Part shown: in pieces, positions 9,401 to 19,044 of the stretch
Position numbering within the stretch: position 1 is the stretch's first letter
Layout: the number at the start of each line of letters is the position of its first letter
DNA from: a virus
Taxonomy: Duplodnaviria; Heunggongvirae; Uroviricota; Caudoviricetes
DNA: 64,000 nucleotides
Strand: one strand, 5' to 3'
Virus record (IMG/VR): IMGVR_UViG_3300009678_000054
Coordinates: 35,854 to 99,853 of that record
Notes under the pieces: model-generated
Told to the model about the DNA's origin: nothing
Database searches by the model: none
Seen by the model: the letters and a program-made list of their open reading frames with translations, nothing else
Made by a program: the position numbers and the translations under genes

Positions 9401-12400
9401 TAATAAAATTGTCAATAGCTTTCAAGTCTCTTGGGTCAGCAGCCAATAACTCAGCAATCTTACCAAAGAAAAACTTTCTTCTTAAAACATCTTCACTCAT
9501 GTTTTTTGTACGTAAAACTGCATCAACCTGTAACTTCTGACGAACGTTATTAATAACTTCATCAAATGTATTTGAAAGTTTAGAAAAACGCTCAGCGTGA
9601 TTTTCAGAACTTACCTTTTTATTCAGATCGAATACAAAAGACGGATTAACTATCAAGTCAGCAAATTCCTGCATACTCATGTTGCTACGGAAATTCTGAG
9701 TCATGATACCCATCTTCGCAAGTGTAGTTTTTAGCCAATCAATAAACTTACCGAACAATGTTTTACCTTCATTGTTTTCTAAATCTTGACGAGCAGACAT
9801 ACGACCAAGCTCCATTACCAAAACTTCATCCCACTGGTCAGATTCACTAAGCTCTGGATAAGCAGTTTTAACGTATTCAAATGATTCTTTACCGCTCTCA
9901 CTATTCTTAACTTCTTCCATTAACGCATTATACAGTTCAGGGTTATCCTTTTTAATAACGTCAATGAAAGGGTGAATAACCTCGTGGAATGGGGTATCAG
10001 GGCTTACATAAGCTTCGTTGATTGTGATAACACCGTTTGCATATTTACCACGCCAGAAACTTCCTGGTTCGTTTACCACAACCACTTTCACACCGAATTT
10101 GTTTTTCAACATACGAATAACGTTATCCAATGAGAAACGTTTCTTCTGTTCAGCAGTAAACTGTTCTTCATGTAACTTCTGAAACTCTACATCAGTATCA
10201 ACAGGTTTCCAACCAATATCTTCAGGTTTTTCTTGCTCTGAATTGTTCGCAGTTACTTTGGCCAAAACTTGTTCATCGAACTCAACTTTAACGGCTTGCG
10301 GATGAGGTTTAACACCTATACGTTCTTCACCAATTTCTTCGGATAACAATGAAAATTCAAGAGGTAATAATCCTATCTTAGCAACAGGATATTGAGGGTC
10401 AGCAAGAGGTGTATCGTTTTCATCAATAACTCTTGTAACCTCACCTGCTTCATTTCTAGCTTGTGGTCCAAACTCGATCATACTTGTATGACCACGAGTT
10501 TCTACAGTCATAGCTCTACGTGCCAACGGTGTATACATACGAGCATGAACATCCCAGGCGTTTTCTTCACCAATAGGACCAAAACCATTTCCTCTTTCAG
10601 CATGTCCGAACAGATCATGCACACCTCTAAATACGTCATTAACCAATAACGCATTTCCTTTAAGATCAGTTAAACCACTTTCTTGTAAGAAAGGATTCTC
10701 TTTTCTTTGTTGATCGGTGATCGCATTTGGTCCGTAATACTTATTAGTTGACAGGATATAAAAATGTTTATTATCTCTAATGTCAGCCATTGCGCTTGGA
10801 GCATCAGCATAGGGTTCACCAGCACCATCAAACAATTCAAAAGTATATCCTTTACTTATAAGGAAATTATATTGGTCAATTGTTTCATTTGCGAAAGCTT
10901 CATATGATGCCTTTACTTCAGGATTATTAGGCTCATCTTTCATCGCCATGTAAGCATCGGCGATCTTCTTTCCAAATTGTACATCAATAGTATATATCTT
11001 AACACCAGGAGAAATATTAAGTCCTTTTTCACTCTTGTATTCATCAGCAATAGCCTTAACTTCTTCGTTAGGTTCTGTAAATAAAGAACTATCTGCAGTC
11101 AACTTACTTTGAGAAGAACTATATTTAGATGTAATTGTACCACCAATAGACGCTAAAAACTCATTAACTTTTTGTTGTGAATCAGAAGCAATATATCCTT
11201 TGAAATTTCCAGCATCCCAGTAAGCAGCAACATGTTTGAAATTAGATTTCAAATTATCAATCAAATCCTGTTCAGATGTCTGGTTAGTTTTCATACCAGC
11301 AAGAACTTGCTCGGCCTTTTCAGTAATAGCTTCTTGTGGGAATGATTGAAGTTTATAAGCATCTTTCTTCTTTTCATTAGCCAACCATTCTTCTTCAGAT
11401 TCAGGAACAATCTTTTCCTCAAGTAATACAATACCATCAGGTTTAATATATTTACTTTTTATTTCTTTAATGAACTGTTTGCGTTCAGGAGAAATAAATT
11501 GAAACACCATGCTCTCATGTACCACATCAGCTTTTTCTGCAGGAACATGTTTAGGATAAGTAACACCAGTTTCTTCGTCAGTATATGATTCATAGAAAGC
11601 TTCTTTCACATAATCACTACCTTCTACAGGATTAGCGTTATGCGCTTTCTGCATTTCTTCATTAACGTCCAGGTTAATTGATTTTATTTTACCTTCAGAA
11701 CCGAGAGTGATTGCTTTAACAAAACCACCTTCAGAACCACCAATGTCATAAATTAATCCACCATTCGCATACATGTTTTGCAATGCAGCACCAACTTTGA
11801 TTTGTGTTTCTCTAAATGTAGGAATAGACGCAGCTATATGATTATCAAAATTACCTTTGAATTTATCATATATCTTTTTAAACTTTGCCTGAAGTATATT
11901 AAATGATAATATCGGAGACCATTCTTTTTTAGGTTTAAACTTTTCACTTTTACCGCTAACGACATCAGAAAAGAATTCCTGAGTCTTACCAGTTTTATTA
12001 ACATCCAGTTTTACATCGTCTTCAACCACTCCGGGAGTTGTCTCTCCGGTTGGTAACTGTTGTCCCCGTATATCACCGCTATCGAGTTCTCTCTGTTGAA
12101 TGGCAGCTTCAGTTGTTCGCACACCGCTTTTATTTGCTCCTGTGTTGGTTGGTCTATTCCACTGAGGATTTCCGAAGCTGAATCGTCCAATAATGTTTGT
12201 GATTGCTTGCTCATGAGTTAACTTTTTATTTTGAACTTGTTCCCAAATTTTATTTATTTCATCACGGTTAGCATCCGTCTTATCTGCTTCTTTAATCAGC
12301 AAACGAATAGCTTCCCATGTAATACTTTGTACTTCACGAGGACGTAAACCTTTCTCTGCGCCTATTTCCTGATATGCTTGCTTTATAACGGCATAAATAG

Positions 12401-13934
12401 GTGAACCACCTGATCTGAACAGATTCATTGCGCTTGCTTCTTCTGCACTGATAACATTTAAAAAAGCTGCACCCATAGCATGAGTGTCAACAGTAACCTG
12501 ACCTTTGTCAGAATTTGGACTTACAATGTTATTATAGAAATTACGAACCTTGTTACCTTTACCTATTTTCTCTGAAATGTTTTCAATAGTCGGGTTTTGG
12601 AAGATAGAAATAGCTTTGAATATTTCTGCTGTGCTACCCCAGGCAAAACGTGTCAATCCACCAACATCGGTCTTAATACCAGATGCTTCACCTTCTGGTG
12701 TCACAACTTGCACTTCAGGACCATGTACAGTCATATCAATAACACGAAGAACGTTTGCTGCAATATCATTATACACGGTATTGTTATCAGCAAGACCTAG
12801 AATATCACCGATTGATTTATCAGTAAGTTGTTCTTTTAGCGCACGAACAACTCCTTCGAAAGGTTCACCTTTACTAAGATTAATAGCGTTATCGTACATA
12901 GCTGAACTAACAGGAGTAGTCATGTGATTTTTCAAAACATTCATTACACGATCTGCACCACTAATATTATTAAACCATTCGTTCTGTGGAGAAAGAACAG
13001 CAAGAATACCAGCAGTAGCTTCAAGTGGTAAACCATATGTTGTAGAAAAGTTCTGAGCAATACGGTTCGCACCATCGTACCAATGACGTGAACGAGCAAT
13101 AAGATTTTTATCCCATGCTTCGAATAATGAACCTAGATTTTTCTTCAAAGCTTCTTTGAACTCAGTGAACGCCTGGTCAGCAAGTGAAAACATGTCATTC
13201 TTAATCTTTTCCTTTGCTGCCTTATCAACTTTTGAGCTACCAAGACTTTCAAATTTTGTTCTAAGAGTTGCAAGCTTTTTCGCAATGGATTTATTTGCAT
13301 AAGGAAGCTTTACATTATTCTTCATTGACGCAGGGCCAGGAATAAAACCTTCAGCAAACCATTGAGCATTTCTAAGGTATGCTGAACCCATTGTCTTATT
13401 GGAATTACGAAATTGTTTTACATCATCAGCAACATCTCCCAATAGATTTGATTCATCGAACGTAGTAGGAAGCGTTATACCCTCTTTAATATTTTCATTA
13501 CCCGTAATAAGCTTTATACCTTTAACTGCACCAGGTGTACCAGAAAGTTTAAAGATACCACCAAATGTATCATTCACCGCTTCAAGGAAACGAATGTTCG
13601 CCTGTTCAACTTCTGTAGCAGAAATAGGAGCAGGTGCTTCAGAAATACGACTACCGTTCACAACATAATATGTATCACCATACTTTCGTACAATACCGTT
13701 GAAACCTTTAAGCAGGTCTTCAACAGTAGGTGCTTTCAAATTACGCATATGAACAATCGCCGATTTGAATTGTTTCATCTTAGTACCACGAATCATAGTC
13801 ACAGCTTCATCAAGAGTTGGATATTTATATCCATTCTCAACTGTTAAACTATGAGCCATGTTGAAACCTAATTCTTTTTCTAAAACCTTAAAGTTCGGAT
13901 GATTGATATTTACGCATTGCGCCATTACGGACAA
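6408..13934 (-). CDS. giant multidomain polyvalent-type virion protein (2508 aa) with Rossmann methyltransferase-like and HExxH zincin-like modules
   Basis: Uninterrupted 7.5 kb ORF. SAM-MTase motif I-like LIYDIGGSEGGFVKAI with downstream acidic motif NLDVNEE. Zincin motif HEVIHPFIDVIK followed by a conserved E. A second candidate metal site is HDLFGHAERGNG. Start overlaps the stop of the 1705-aa gene. Confidence 0.7.
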   Translation of the reverse strand: MSVMAQCVNINHPNFKVLEKELGFNMAHSLTVENGYKYPTLDEAVTMIRGTKMKQFKSAIVHMRNLKAPTVEDLLKGFNGIVRKYGDTYYVVNGSRISEAPAPISATEVEQANIRFLEAVNDTFGGIFKLSGTPGAVKGIKLITGNENIKEGITLPTTFDESNLLGDVADDVKQFRNSNKTMGSAYLRNAQWFAEGFIPGPASMKNNVKLPYANKSIAKKLATLRTKFESLGSSKVDKAAKEKIKNDMFSLADQAFTEFKEALKKNLGSLFEAWDKNLIARSRHWYDGANRIAQNFSTTYGLPLEATAGILAVLSPQNEWFNNISGADRVMNVLKNHMTTPVSSAMYDNAINLSKGEPFEGVVRALKEQLTDKSIGDILGLADNNTVYNDIAANVLRVIDMTVHGPEVQVVTPEGEASGIKTDVGGLTRFAWGSTAEIFKAISIFQNPTIENISEKIGKGNKVRNFYNNIVSPNSDKGQVTVDTHAMGAAFLNVISAEEASAMNLFRSGGSPIYAVIKQAYQEIGAEKGLRPREVQSITWEAIRLLIKEADKTDANRDEINKIWEQVQNKKLTHEQAITNIIGRFSFGNPQWNRPTNTGANKSGVRTTEAAIQQRELDSGDIRGQQLPTGETTPGVVEDDVKLDVNKTGKTQEFFSDVVSGKSEKFKPKKEWSPILSFNILQAKFKKIYDKFKGNFDNHIAASIPTFRETQIKVGAALQNMYANGGLIYDIGGSEGGFVKAITLGSEGKIKSINLDVNEEMQKAHNANPVEGSDYVKEAFYESYTDEETGVTYPKHVPAEKADVVHESMVFQFISPERKQFIKEIKSKYIKPDGIVLLEEKIVPESEEEWLANEKKKDAYKLQSFPQEAITEKAEQVLAGMKTNQTSEQDLIDNLKSNFKHVAAYWDAGNFKGYIASDSQQKVNEFLASIGGTITSKYSSSQSKLTADSSLFTEPNEEVKAIADEYKSEKGLNISPGVKIYTIDVQFGKKIADAYMAMKDEPNNPEVKASYEAFANETIDQYNFLISKGYTFELFDGAGEPYADAPSAMADIRDNKHFYILSTNKYYGPNAITDQQRKENPFLQESGLTDLKGNALLVNDVFRGVHDLFGHAERGNGFGPIGEENAWDVHARMYTPLARRAMTVETRGHTSMIEFGPQARNEAGEVTRVIDENDTPLADPQYPVAKIGLLPLEFSLLSEEIGEERIGVKPHPQAVKVEFDEQVLAKVTANNSEQEKPEDIGWKPVDTDVEFQKLHEEQFTAEQKKRFSLDNVIRMLKNKFGVKVVVVNEPGSFWRGKYANGVITINEAYVSPDTPFHEVIHPFIDVIKKDNPELYNALMEEVKNSESGKESFEYVKTAYPELSESDQWDEVLVMELGRMSARQDLENNEGKTLFGKFIDWLKTTLAKMGIMTQNFRSNMSMQEFADLIVNPSFVFDLNKKVSSENHAERFSKLSNTFDEVINNVRQKLQVDAVLRTKNMSEDVLRRKFFFGKIAELLAADPRDLKAIDNFIISSAVNLKKLNEKFQEFKDAFDAKRTKSKDDLAKLSQLLNEIEDCITLYEDVDLLITSVLDEFPDAEDSIGNLKKNYRREAALINDYKAYAKELIVNWLFPHANSAINQALATDKPFNIVSKATYEAVQKEMQANNLTPSKRQILEEAFKRELATYITTAKKDASAVTQFLGPLLHSRDPLSSLIARSVVEEYTGALKKGLTIQDKLTKLVRRTRGLPVFNTNKDHFDFYAKYMRQADSYEYKGVNQKGEPEYHYVKRWAFHEEYKWDEFYKAKRTMEEKIGVAPSKNDVVKYAAWKKARDAWYSVHTVKTGNGYIPATTYKNPDFVALQSDPLFKELYGSYKQANELAGKAGLKYGIIPQRSIITAKVEKGKVAQDILEKIRLFVGEDDQVYFSQKNNLKERRTVPLPFTRMVEDNDLSFDLLNSVVKYAVSAQKYNSISQIEPHVNILKNFIGGNASLSIDSRQVVKLTSNGLKALSKAERKAMQVDAARINEQLDSFLNDVVYGQPMKKAAIQMFNSKFKVEDKNGKIEIIKGFSDMSEHIGIPDLDYHGFKVGEERKLKDYKVTMLRKDWNWSVKKSANTLGLITAFQQLALNPVAGVTNIIRAKLETFVEGAAGRYFNIGNALKAEGIYFTALGKGDFFEDLKGGKPSFISEMLIDYDAIQGELYDELGKKISGSLANKLFRRNHFFFMQQGGEHYVQTQMLIAMMLHKKVKLNSGEEISLYEAKEREYKGQLKMSDTKWTTQDDEDFRQTVKFVNTQMHGNYNKLDKALLQRQWWGSLLLMFRKHIYTGFASRYRKGYVNYQTGNYTEGYYRTFINGLVTQVRSIIEQKRMAQLTEDEKYAFRKIAADFAAMALLMFSFKAFDDDDDEEEFNDYMALISRRLISEGVQYTPIVGTMDLAKVVTNPAASVSTVDKVWDAVSQSISDPMAEYERSGPGYQVGQNKAAVKWGRALPLYRQYINTVEPERLLQFYGRNSIWFLKPSAGKGEDTNE

Positions 13935-16900
13935 TTTTTTAAATCGTTAAGGAAATCCTCAATATTACTCCACATACCAGCATGATACTCATCAATGATG
14001 TCTTTTGACAGTTCCGCAATTGTTTGAGGGAAGGCGGCAAATTTACCATTAATCGCTGACACCTCATCTTCCGAAAGAGAATTTAAGAAAGAATTAACTT
14101 TCTCGTCATTTGTTTCAGAATGCAGGTCCGATGGGTCAAGACCGAATTGTTCTATACTTTCCACGTCCTCAGCCGTATAAACCTTACCCATGATCTCAGC
14201 ATCTTTCAGATCAATATTTATAGTACCCTCGGAAACCTTTGGAACAACCTGCAGGTTTGAATTTTTAAATACAGTAGTCTTTACCGAAGCTGTAAACTTA
14301 TCACCCAGGTTTACTACAAAATCTTCGTTTAAGTCAACAGGGATATTACCCTTTTCACGTAAACTGATTATCTTAAAATCACCATTAGGTGTCTCTACAA
14401 TGCCAACCCAGTTAGTAACCTTCTTACCGTTCTTATCTGTAACTGCGGATTTAATAGAACTGAGATTATTATTGGCCCAACGGTCCAAATCCTGCAATTT
14501 TTGTTTCGCAGTCTTTGTCGCTTTGTTCTTATCCATTACAACACGAATACTGTCAAACTCATCAATATTCGCAACAGTAACTACATTCTTTCTATTACCA
14601 ACCGTTACACCTTTGAAATCAAGATCATTCAACGTAGGACGTGTTTCATTTGATTTCATAGTATCAAGTTCACCATAGCTCAAAGTTACATCGAATAAAT
14701 CCTGAAGGTCTTTGCTATCAATAATGATTTCTTTCTGACCACTTTCTTCAAGTTTTCCTATTAAATGAGCGTAAACAGATGAATACGCTTTTGCAAGCTT
14801 CTGGAAATCTCCATATGTCTGAGCAGCGTTACCTGTTAATTCAGTATATGTCGCCTGGTCTGTAGCTGCACTCAAAACATGATACTTACCTTGCTTATCT
14901 CTATATGCAAGAGCAGGTATCGGTGACAAGTAACCAATAAGTTCTTTATCGTAGAACAGGGACATTGATTTTGGACTACGAAGCGCATACAAATTATCAA
15001 ACTCTACACGGTTTCCAAAACTATTACGATAAGCCGCTTTGTTAAGAGTTGATTTATTATCGTTACCAGATAATATTTCTTGTTGCTTATCATAAGATGA
15101 TTGAAACTCGCCCTGCAAATCGGCTATACGCAAAGTCATTTCCTTTTTGATATTCGCAAACGTTTCATTTCTGAAAAGGAAATTCAGCTTATCACGAGCT
15201 TCCTTCATTGTTGCGGGAATATACGTGTTAGCGAAATACGTGAACAGATCAAACGCATCAAACTTACTACCTGAACGAATTGGTTTGAAAATTTTCATCT
15301 TGATCTCAACATTACGTTCAGGAACAAAACGAATCTTCTGTTTTAACTTAGCACTTTCAATAAAACCATTAGGGTCTGCTTTATCATAAGTAATAGCAAA
15401 TGGAAACATTACACTGATCTCATCAGGAACAATACCATACTGGTTTGCGAATAGATTACGATATGCAGAAAGACGCTTACCATCAAGTTCACGAATACTT
15501 ATACCTTTGCCCGATTTACCGTACACACGATAAACTTCAGGTCTACGTGCAGATATTTCGTAAATCTTAAAGTTACCTTTTTTATCTACACCTAGTAAAT
15601 CAATTTCACCAGCTACCTTCAAATTCTCATCAAATACTATAACATTGCTATCAATGATTTCAATACCCTGATTTTGCAAATTTTGTCTAATAGCGGTTAA
15701 TTGCTTAACCATATCATTCAAAGCTTCTTCAGAAATCTTTGAAACCATGTCTTTATAAAACTCATCCGTTAATTCGTTTGCAAAGAAAGCCTTTACTATT
15801 GCATCAACAGTATAACCTTTGTTTGCAGCAGACTGGTCAACAGTAACATTATCACCGATGATCTCAGAAACCTTACGATAATATTCACCATCCACCTCGT
15901 AATGAGTATTAAATTTCTTAGAACGTTTTTTATTCTCAGAAATCTTGTTCAATACTTCTTTATAATCAGCCTTATCTTCAGGTTTGATATTTTTTGATTC
16001 ATCAACCTTTACTTCATTTTTAGCTTCATCAAATTTCTGTTCACGAATTTTCTCAATTGTATCAAGGCGATCATCAATTTCTTCCAGGCGATCTTCTTCC
16101 GCTTTGGTCAAAGTTTCTTCCTTAGAATTCAAATATTCCTTTTCTTCGTTCAACTGCTGTTCTTCTTCACGAAGCTCATCTTCATTCTTCTTATCAGCTT
16201 TCATCTTCTCCTTCTTCTCAGGGCTTATCGGTTCTTCACCTTCAGTTTTAGGACCTGTAGGACCATCAGGTAAATTCTCATCAGGTAGATTACCCTGAAT
16301 TTCATCACTATCGTCATTAACCACTTGTTCCTGTAATTCCATCTTTCTTCTTCCGTAAACAGTGTCCCAATAACGCTCACCATATTTAGCATCAGAAATA
16401 CGATTGTAAACATTTAACGTGGCATTACGAGCCATGTCAATATCCTTAACGATTCGTTCCTTTCTAACTTTTCCGCTATCGTAAGATAAACGATTTCTTT
16501 CCGGTATCTCATAACGAAAAGAACCATCCGCATTCTTGCGAAGATTCTTAACTTCATCCTTGTTATCAATTAGAAATTGTTTTAAAGCTGCTTCTGCATT
16601 AGTCATTTCAGTTACAGCCTGACTCAAAGTTTCTTCATCTACGGCCTGTATTTCTTCACGATGAACTGGCTTTTGCTTTTTAGGTGTTGTAATTTTAGTA
16701 CCGTTACCCAGGTCAATAGTCTCTGTATCTGAATCTGGTAAACCTCTTACAGTAGACGGTAGATACAGCGTTTGAGTTGAAAGCATATCAACACGTTTCT
16801 TAGCTGAAAGATAATTGTTATGCAAATCATTTAAACTATCAACCATACTATCTGTTGGAGAAGTATAACGTGCAGCAAGTTCACTACCTACAGCTTCAAC

Positions 16901-19042
16901 TTCATTCTGAGTCTTATCTCTTAATTCGGCAAGATGCGCCGCTCTTGTAGATAAGAAATATAATGTTTGTTTCATCAAAGAAGCCTTAGTACCACGCTTA
17001 TCATCATTTTTAATATTTACAATAAAATTTTGTTGAACATTATCGTATATATTTTTATGAAGTTCTATCTTCTTTTTTACGTAATCCAAACGCTTAGCAT
17101 TCTGAGTCTGGTCAGATGTAAGACCCATTAACATCAAATCTTCTCCTTTGAAATTCTTAGCGTTGTTAACCTTATTCAAAAGAACATCAACCATTCCGTT
17201 GTCAGCGTAAGCTTTTACTAAACGAGCGATATTATCGTTATCAACAATATCGTGAAGTAAATTCATATTCTTAACCTTCAAATTATCAGCAAGCTCAGTC
17301 ATACTAAGCGTTTTGTTCATTGCTGACATGAAAGAAATAACATTATTGGTGTTAATCTTTGGGTTACCGTTATCGTCAACCGCCAAAGTCCCATCGGGAT
17401 TTACTTCATAGAAATTCTTAGATGTGTTTCTAAAACTGCTTACGGCAGCATTGTAATTAGTAACATCTCTTTTTAAATTTCTCAATTCTGAATAACGACC
17501 ACGCACAGACATACCACCACCTATGATACCACCTATGCCTATACTCATAGAAGCATCTCTGTCATCTCCCGATAACGCAGAACCAGTTTGGTTTATATAT
17601 TTATTTAAAGCACGACCAATATTATTATAAAAACCTTCATCAATAGTAGCCGGGTCTTGATTACTACGTTCAATAGCAAGTTGAATATTTTCTTCCCAAA
17701 AACCTTCAATAAGTACCCCTTTACCAGCAGCTTTCAAATAATCAAAACCTTGCTGTCCAAATGTACGCTTTACAATTTCAGCATCGGATAATAATCCAGC
17801 TTCATGACGTACATATTTATTCGAAGCGTTACGTGTAGAAAGCAAAGAACCTTTTCCAAACAACATCTTTACTTCCCACAGGTTCGATGGTCCAAGAACC
17901 AACATATTCATCAAGAAACTATTTCTTCCAGCACGAGCGGTAATATCACGAACTTGTTCAGGTGTGTATTTAGCAGTACCGTCAAAATTAACTTCTTTTA
18001 ATAATTTATCAGCCAATTCATTTTTCAACGCAGCCGCTTCAGTTAATGACTCCGAAGCAGTAAGCATAAGGGTATTGATACCCATATTCATTCCCTTTGC
18101 CAAAGGACTATTACCGATAGTTTTAGCCATATCAGTAACCACTGCTCCTGCTTCACGAGAAAGAACGCCTGGGATTACGGGTGCAGCTTCAACCGTAGCA
18201 GTAGCACCACGAGATAACATCGCTGCTTCTGACATACCGCTCAAACCTTCAGCAGAAAGTGCAGCAGCTTCATCAGCGAATTGCAATCCACGAAGTGCGT
18301 TAATACCACGTACAGCCGCACCACCCAAGTTTAATCCATTAAATATATTACCTGTTGCGTATGCAGAAAGTAAAAATGCAGCACCGTCAACTACATCACC
18401 TTTCCAAAAATCAAGATCGGTAAACATACGTGAAAAGAAACCTGCATCACGATCACTAGCTTCATTATAAATAGGACGATAAATATTATCTACATCTTCA
18501 GCAGCATCTCTACCCCATGAAGCAAGACCGTTATCAGACGCTCCTGCAATCCAGTCAGCGAAATTACTTCCACTATGGTAGTTGTTATTCTTATTACCTA
18601 AGCCTACTAATCCACCTAAGAAGCCAATACCTTGAACTGCATAAGCTCCTGTTTTATCTAATAAACGAATAACGGTATTGAAAGTTTCATCCCACCATGT
18701 ACGATTCTTAGCCCACAAATCCTCATTATCACGACCAATAAGAAATCCTAAATCCTGATAATTATTACCAGATTGATAATCGTCGGAATCCGAAAGAAAC
18801 TTTTGATTGCTGTAATAATCGGCTTCGGCTGCAGGTGCGCCAGGAACTATACCACGACCAGCAAAAGGATTATTCGCACCTTGCATGAAAAACTTCCAGG
18901 TGCTACTACCCTGACCGACACCTGTAGGACTTAATGTCTCAGGCGCAGTAACTCTCGGTATAAAAGCATTGCTGAGGTTAATCTGTAAGAATTGATGCGG
19001 AACAAAGGGTTGTTCCGGCGAATATTTACCTATATCTGGCAT
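13925..19042 (-). CDS. giant virion/internal protein (1705 aa): Gly-rich N-terminus, long acidic coiled-coil region, possible PD-(D/E)xK-like module
   Basis: 5.1 kb ORF. Low-complexity E/K-rich stretch (EEEQQLNEEKEYLNSKEETLTKAEEDRLEEIDDRLD). Candidate nuclease-like segment VIVFDENLKVAGEIDLLGVDKKGNFKIYEIS. Confidence 0.6.
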   Translation of the reverse strand: MPDIGKYSPEQPFVPHQFLQINLSNAFIPRVTAPETLSPTGVGQGSSTWKFFMQGANNPFAGRGIVPGAPAAEADYYSNQKFLSDSDDYQSGNNYQDLGFLIGRDNEDLWAKNRTWWDETFNTVIRLLDKTGAYAVQGIGFLGGLVGLGNKNNNYHSGSNFADWIAGASDNGLASWGRDAAEDVDNIYRPIYNEASDRDAGFFSRMFTDLDFWKGDVVDGAAFLLSAYATGNIFNGLNLGGAAVRGINALRGLQFADEAAALSAEGLSGMSEAAMLSRGATATVEAAPVIPGVLSREAGAVVTDMAKTIGNSPLAKGMNMGINTLMLTASESLTEAAALKNELADKLLKEVNFDGTAKYTPEQVRDITARAGRNSFLMNMLVLGPSNLWEVKMLFGKGSLLSTRNASNKYVRHEAGLLSDAEIVKRTFGQQGFDYLKAAGKGVLIEGFWEENIQLAIERSNQDPATIDEGFYNNIGRALNKYINQTGSALSGDDRDASMSIGIGGIIGGGMSVRGRYSELRNLKRDVTNYNAAVSSFRNTSKNFYEVNPDGTLAVDDNGNPKINTNNVISFMSAMNKTLSMTELADNLKVKNMNLLHDIVDNDNIARLVKAYADNGMVDVLLNKVNNAKNFKGEDLMLMGLTSDQTQNAKRLDYVKKKIELHKNIYDNVQQNFIVNIKNDDKRGTKASLMKQTLYFLSTRAAHLAELRDKTQNEVEAVGSELAARYTSPTDSMVDSLNDLHNNYLSAKKRVDMLSTQTLYLPSTVRGLPDSDTETIDLGNGTKITTPKKQKPVHREEIQAVDEETLSQAVTEMTNAEAALKQFLIDNKDEVKNLRKNADGSFRYEIPERNRLSYDSGKVRKERIVKDIDMARNATLNVYNRISDAKYGERYWDTVYGRRKMELQEQVVNDDSDEIQGNLPDENLPDGPTGPKTEGEEPISPEKKEKMKADKKNEDELREEEQQLNEEKEYLNSKEETLTKAEEDRLEEIDDRLDTIEKIREQKFDEAKNEVKVDESKNIKPEDKADYKEVLNKISENKKRSKKFNTHYEVDGEYYRKVSEIIGDNVTVDQSAANKGYTVDAIVKAFFANELTDEFYKDMVSKISEEALNDMVKQLTAIRQNLQNQGIEIIDSNVIVFDENLKVAGEIDLLGVDKKGNFKIYEISARRPEVYRVYGKSGKGISIRELDGKRLSAYRNLFANQYGIVPDEISVMFPFAITYDKADPNGFIESAKLKQKIRFVPERNVEIKMKIFKPIRSGSKFDAFDLFTYFANTYIPATMKEARDKLNFLFRNETFANIKKEMTLRIADLQGEFQSSYDKQQEILSGNDNKSTLNKAAYRNSFGNRVEFDNLYALRSPKSMSLFYDKELIGYLSPIPALAYRDKQGKYHVLSAATDQATYTELTGNAAQTYGDFQKLAKAYSSVYAHLIGKLEESGQKEIIIDSKDLQDLFDVTLSYGELDTMKSNETRPTLNDLDFKGVTVGNRKNVVTVANIDEFDSIRVVMDKNKATKTAKQKLQDLDRWANNNLSSIKSAVTDKNGKKVTNWVGIVETPNGDFKIISLREKGNIPVDLNEDFVVNLGDKFTASVKTTVFKNSNLQVVPKVSEGTINIDLKDAEIMGKVYTAEDVESIEQFGLDPSDLHSETNDEKVNSFLNSLSEDEVSAINGKFAAFPQTIAELSKDIIDEYHAGMWSNIEDFLNDLKNCP

Positions 19043-19044
19043 AA

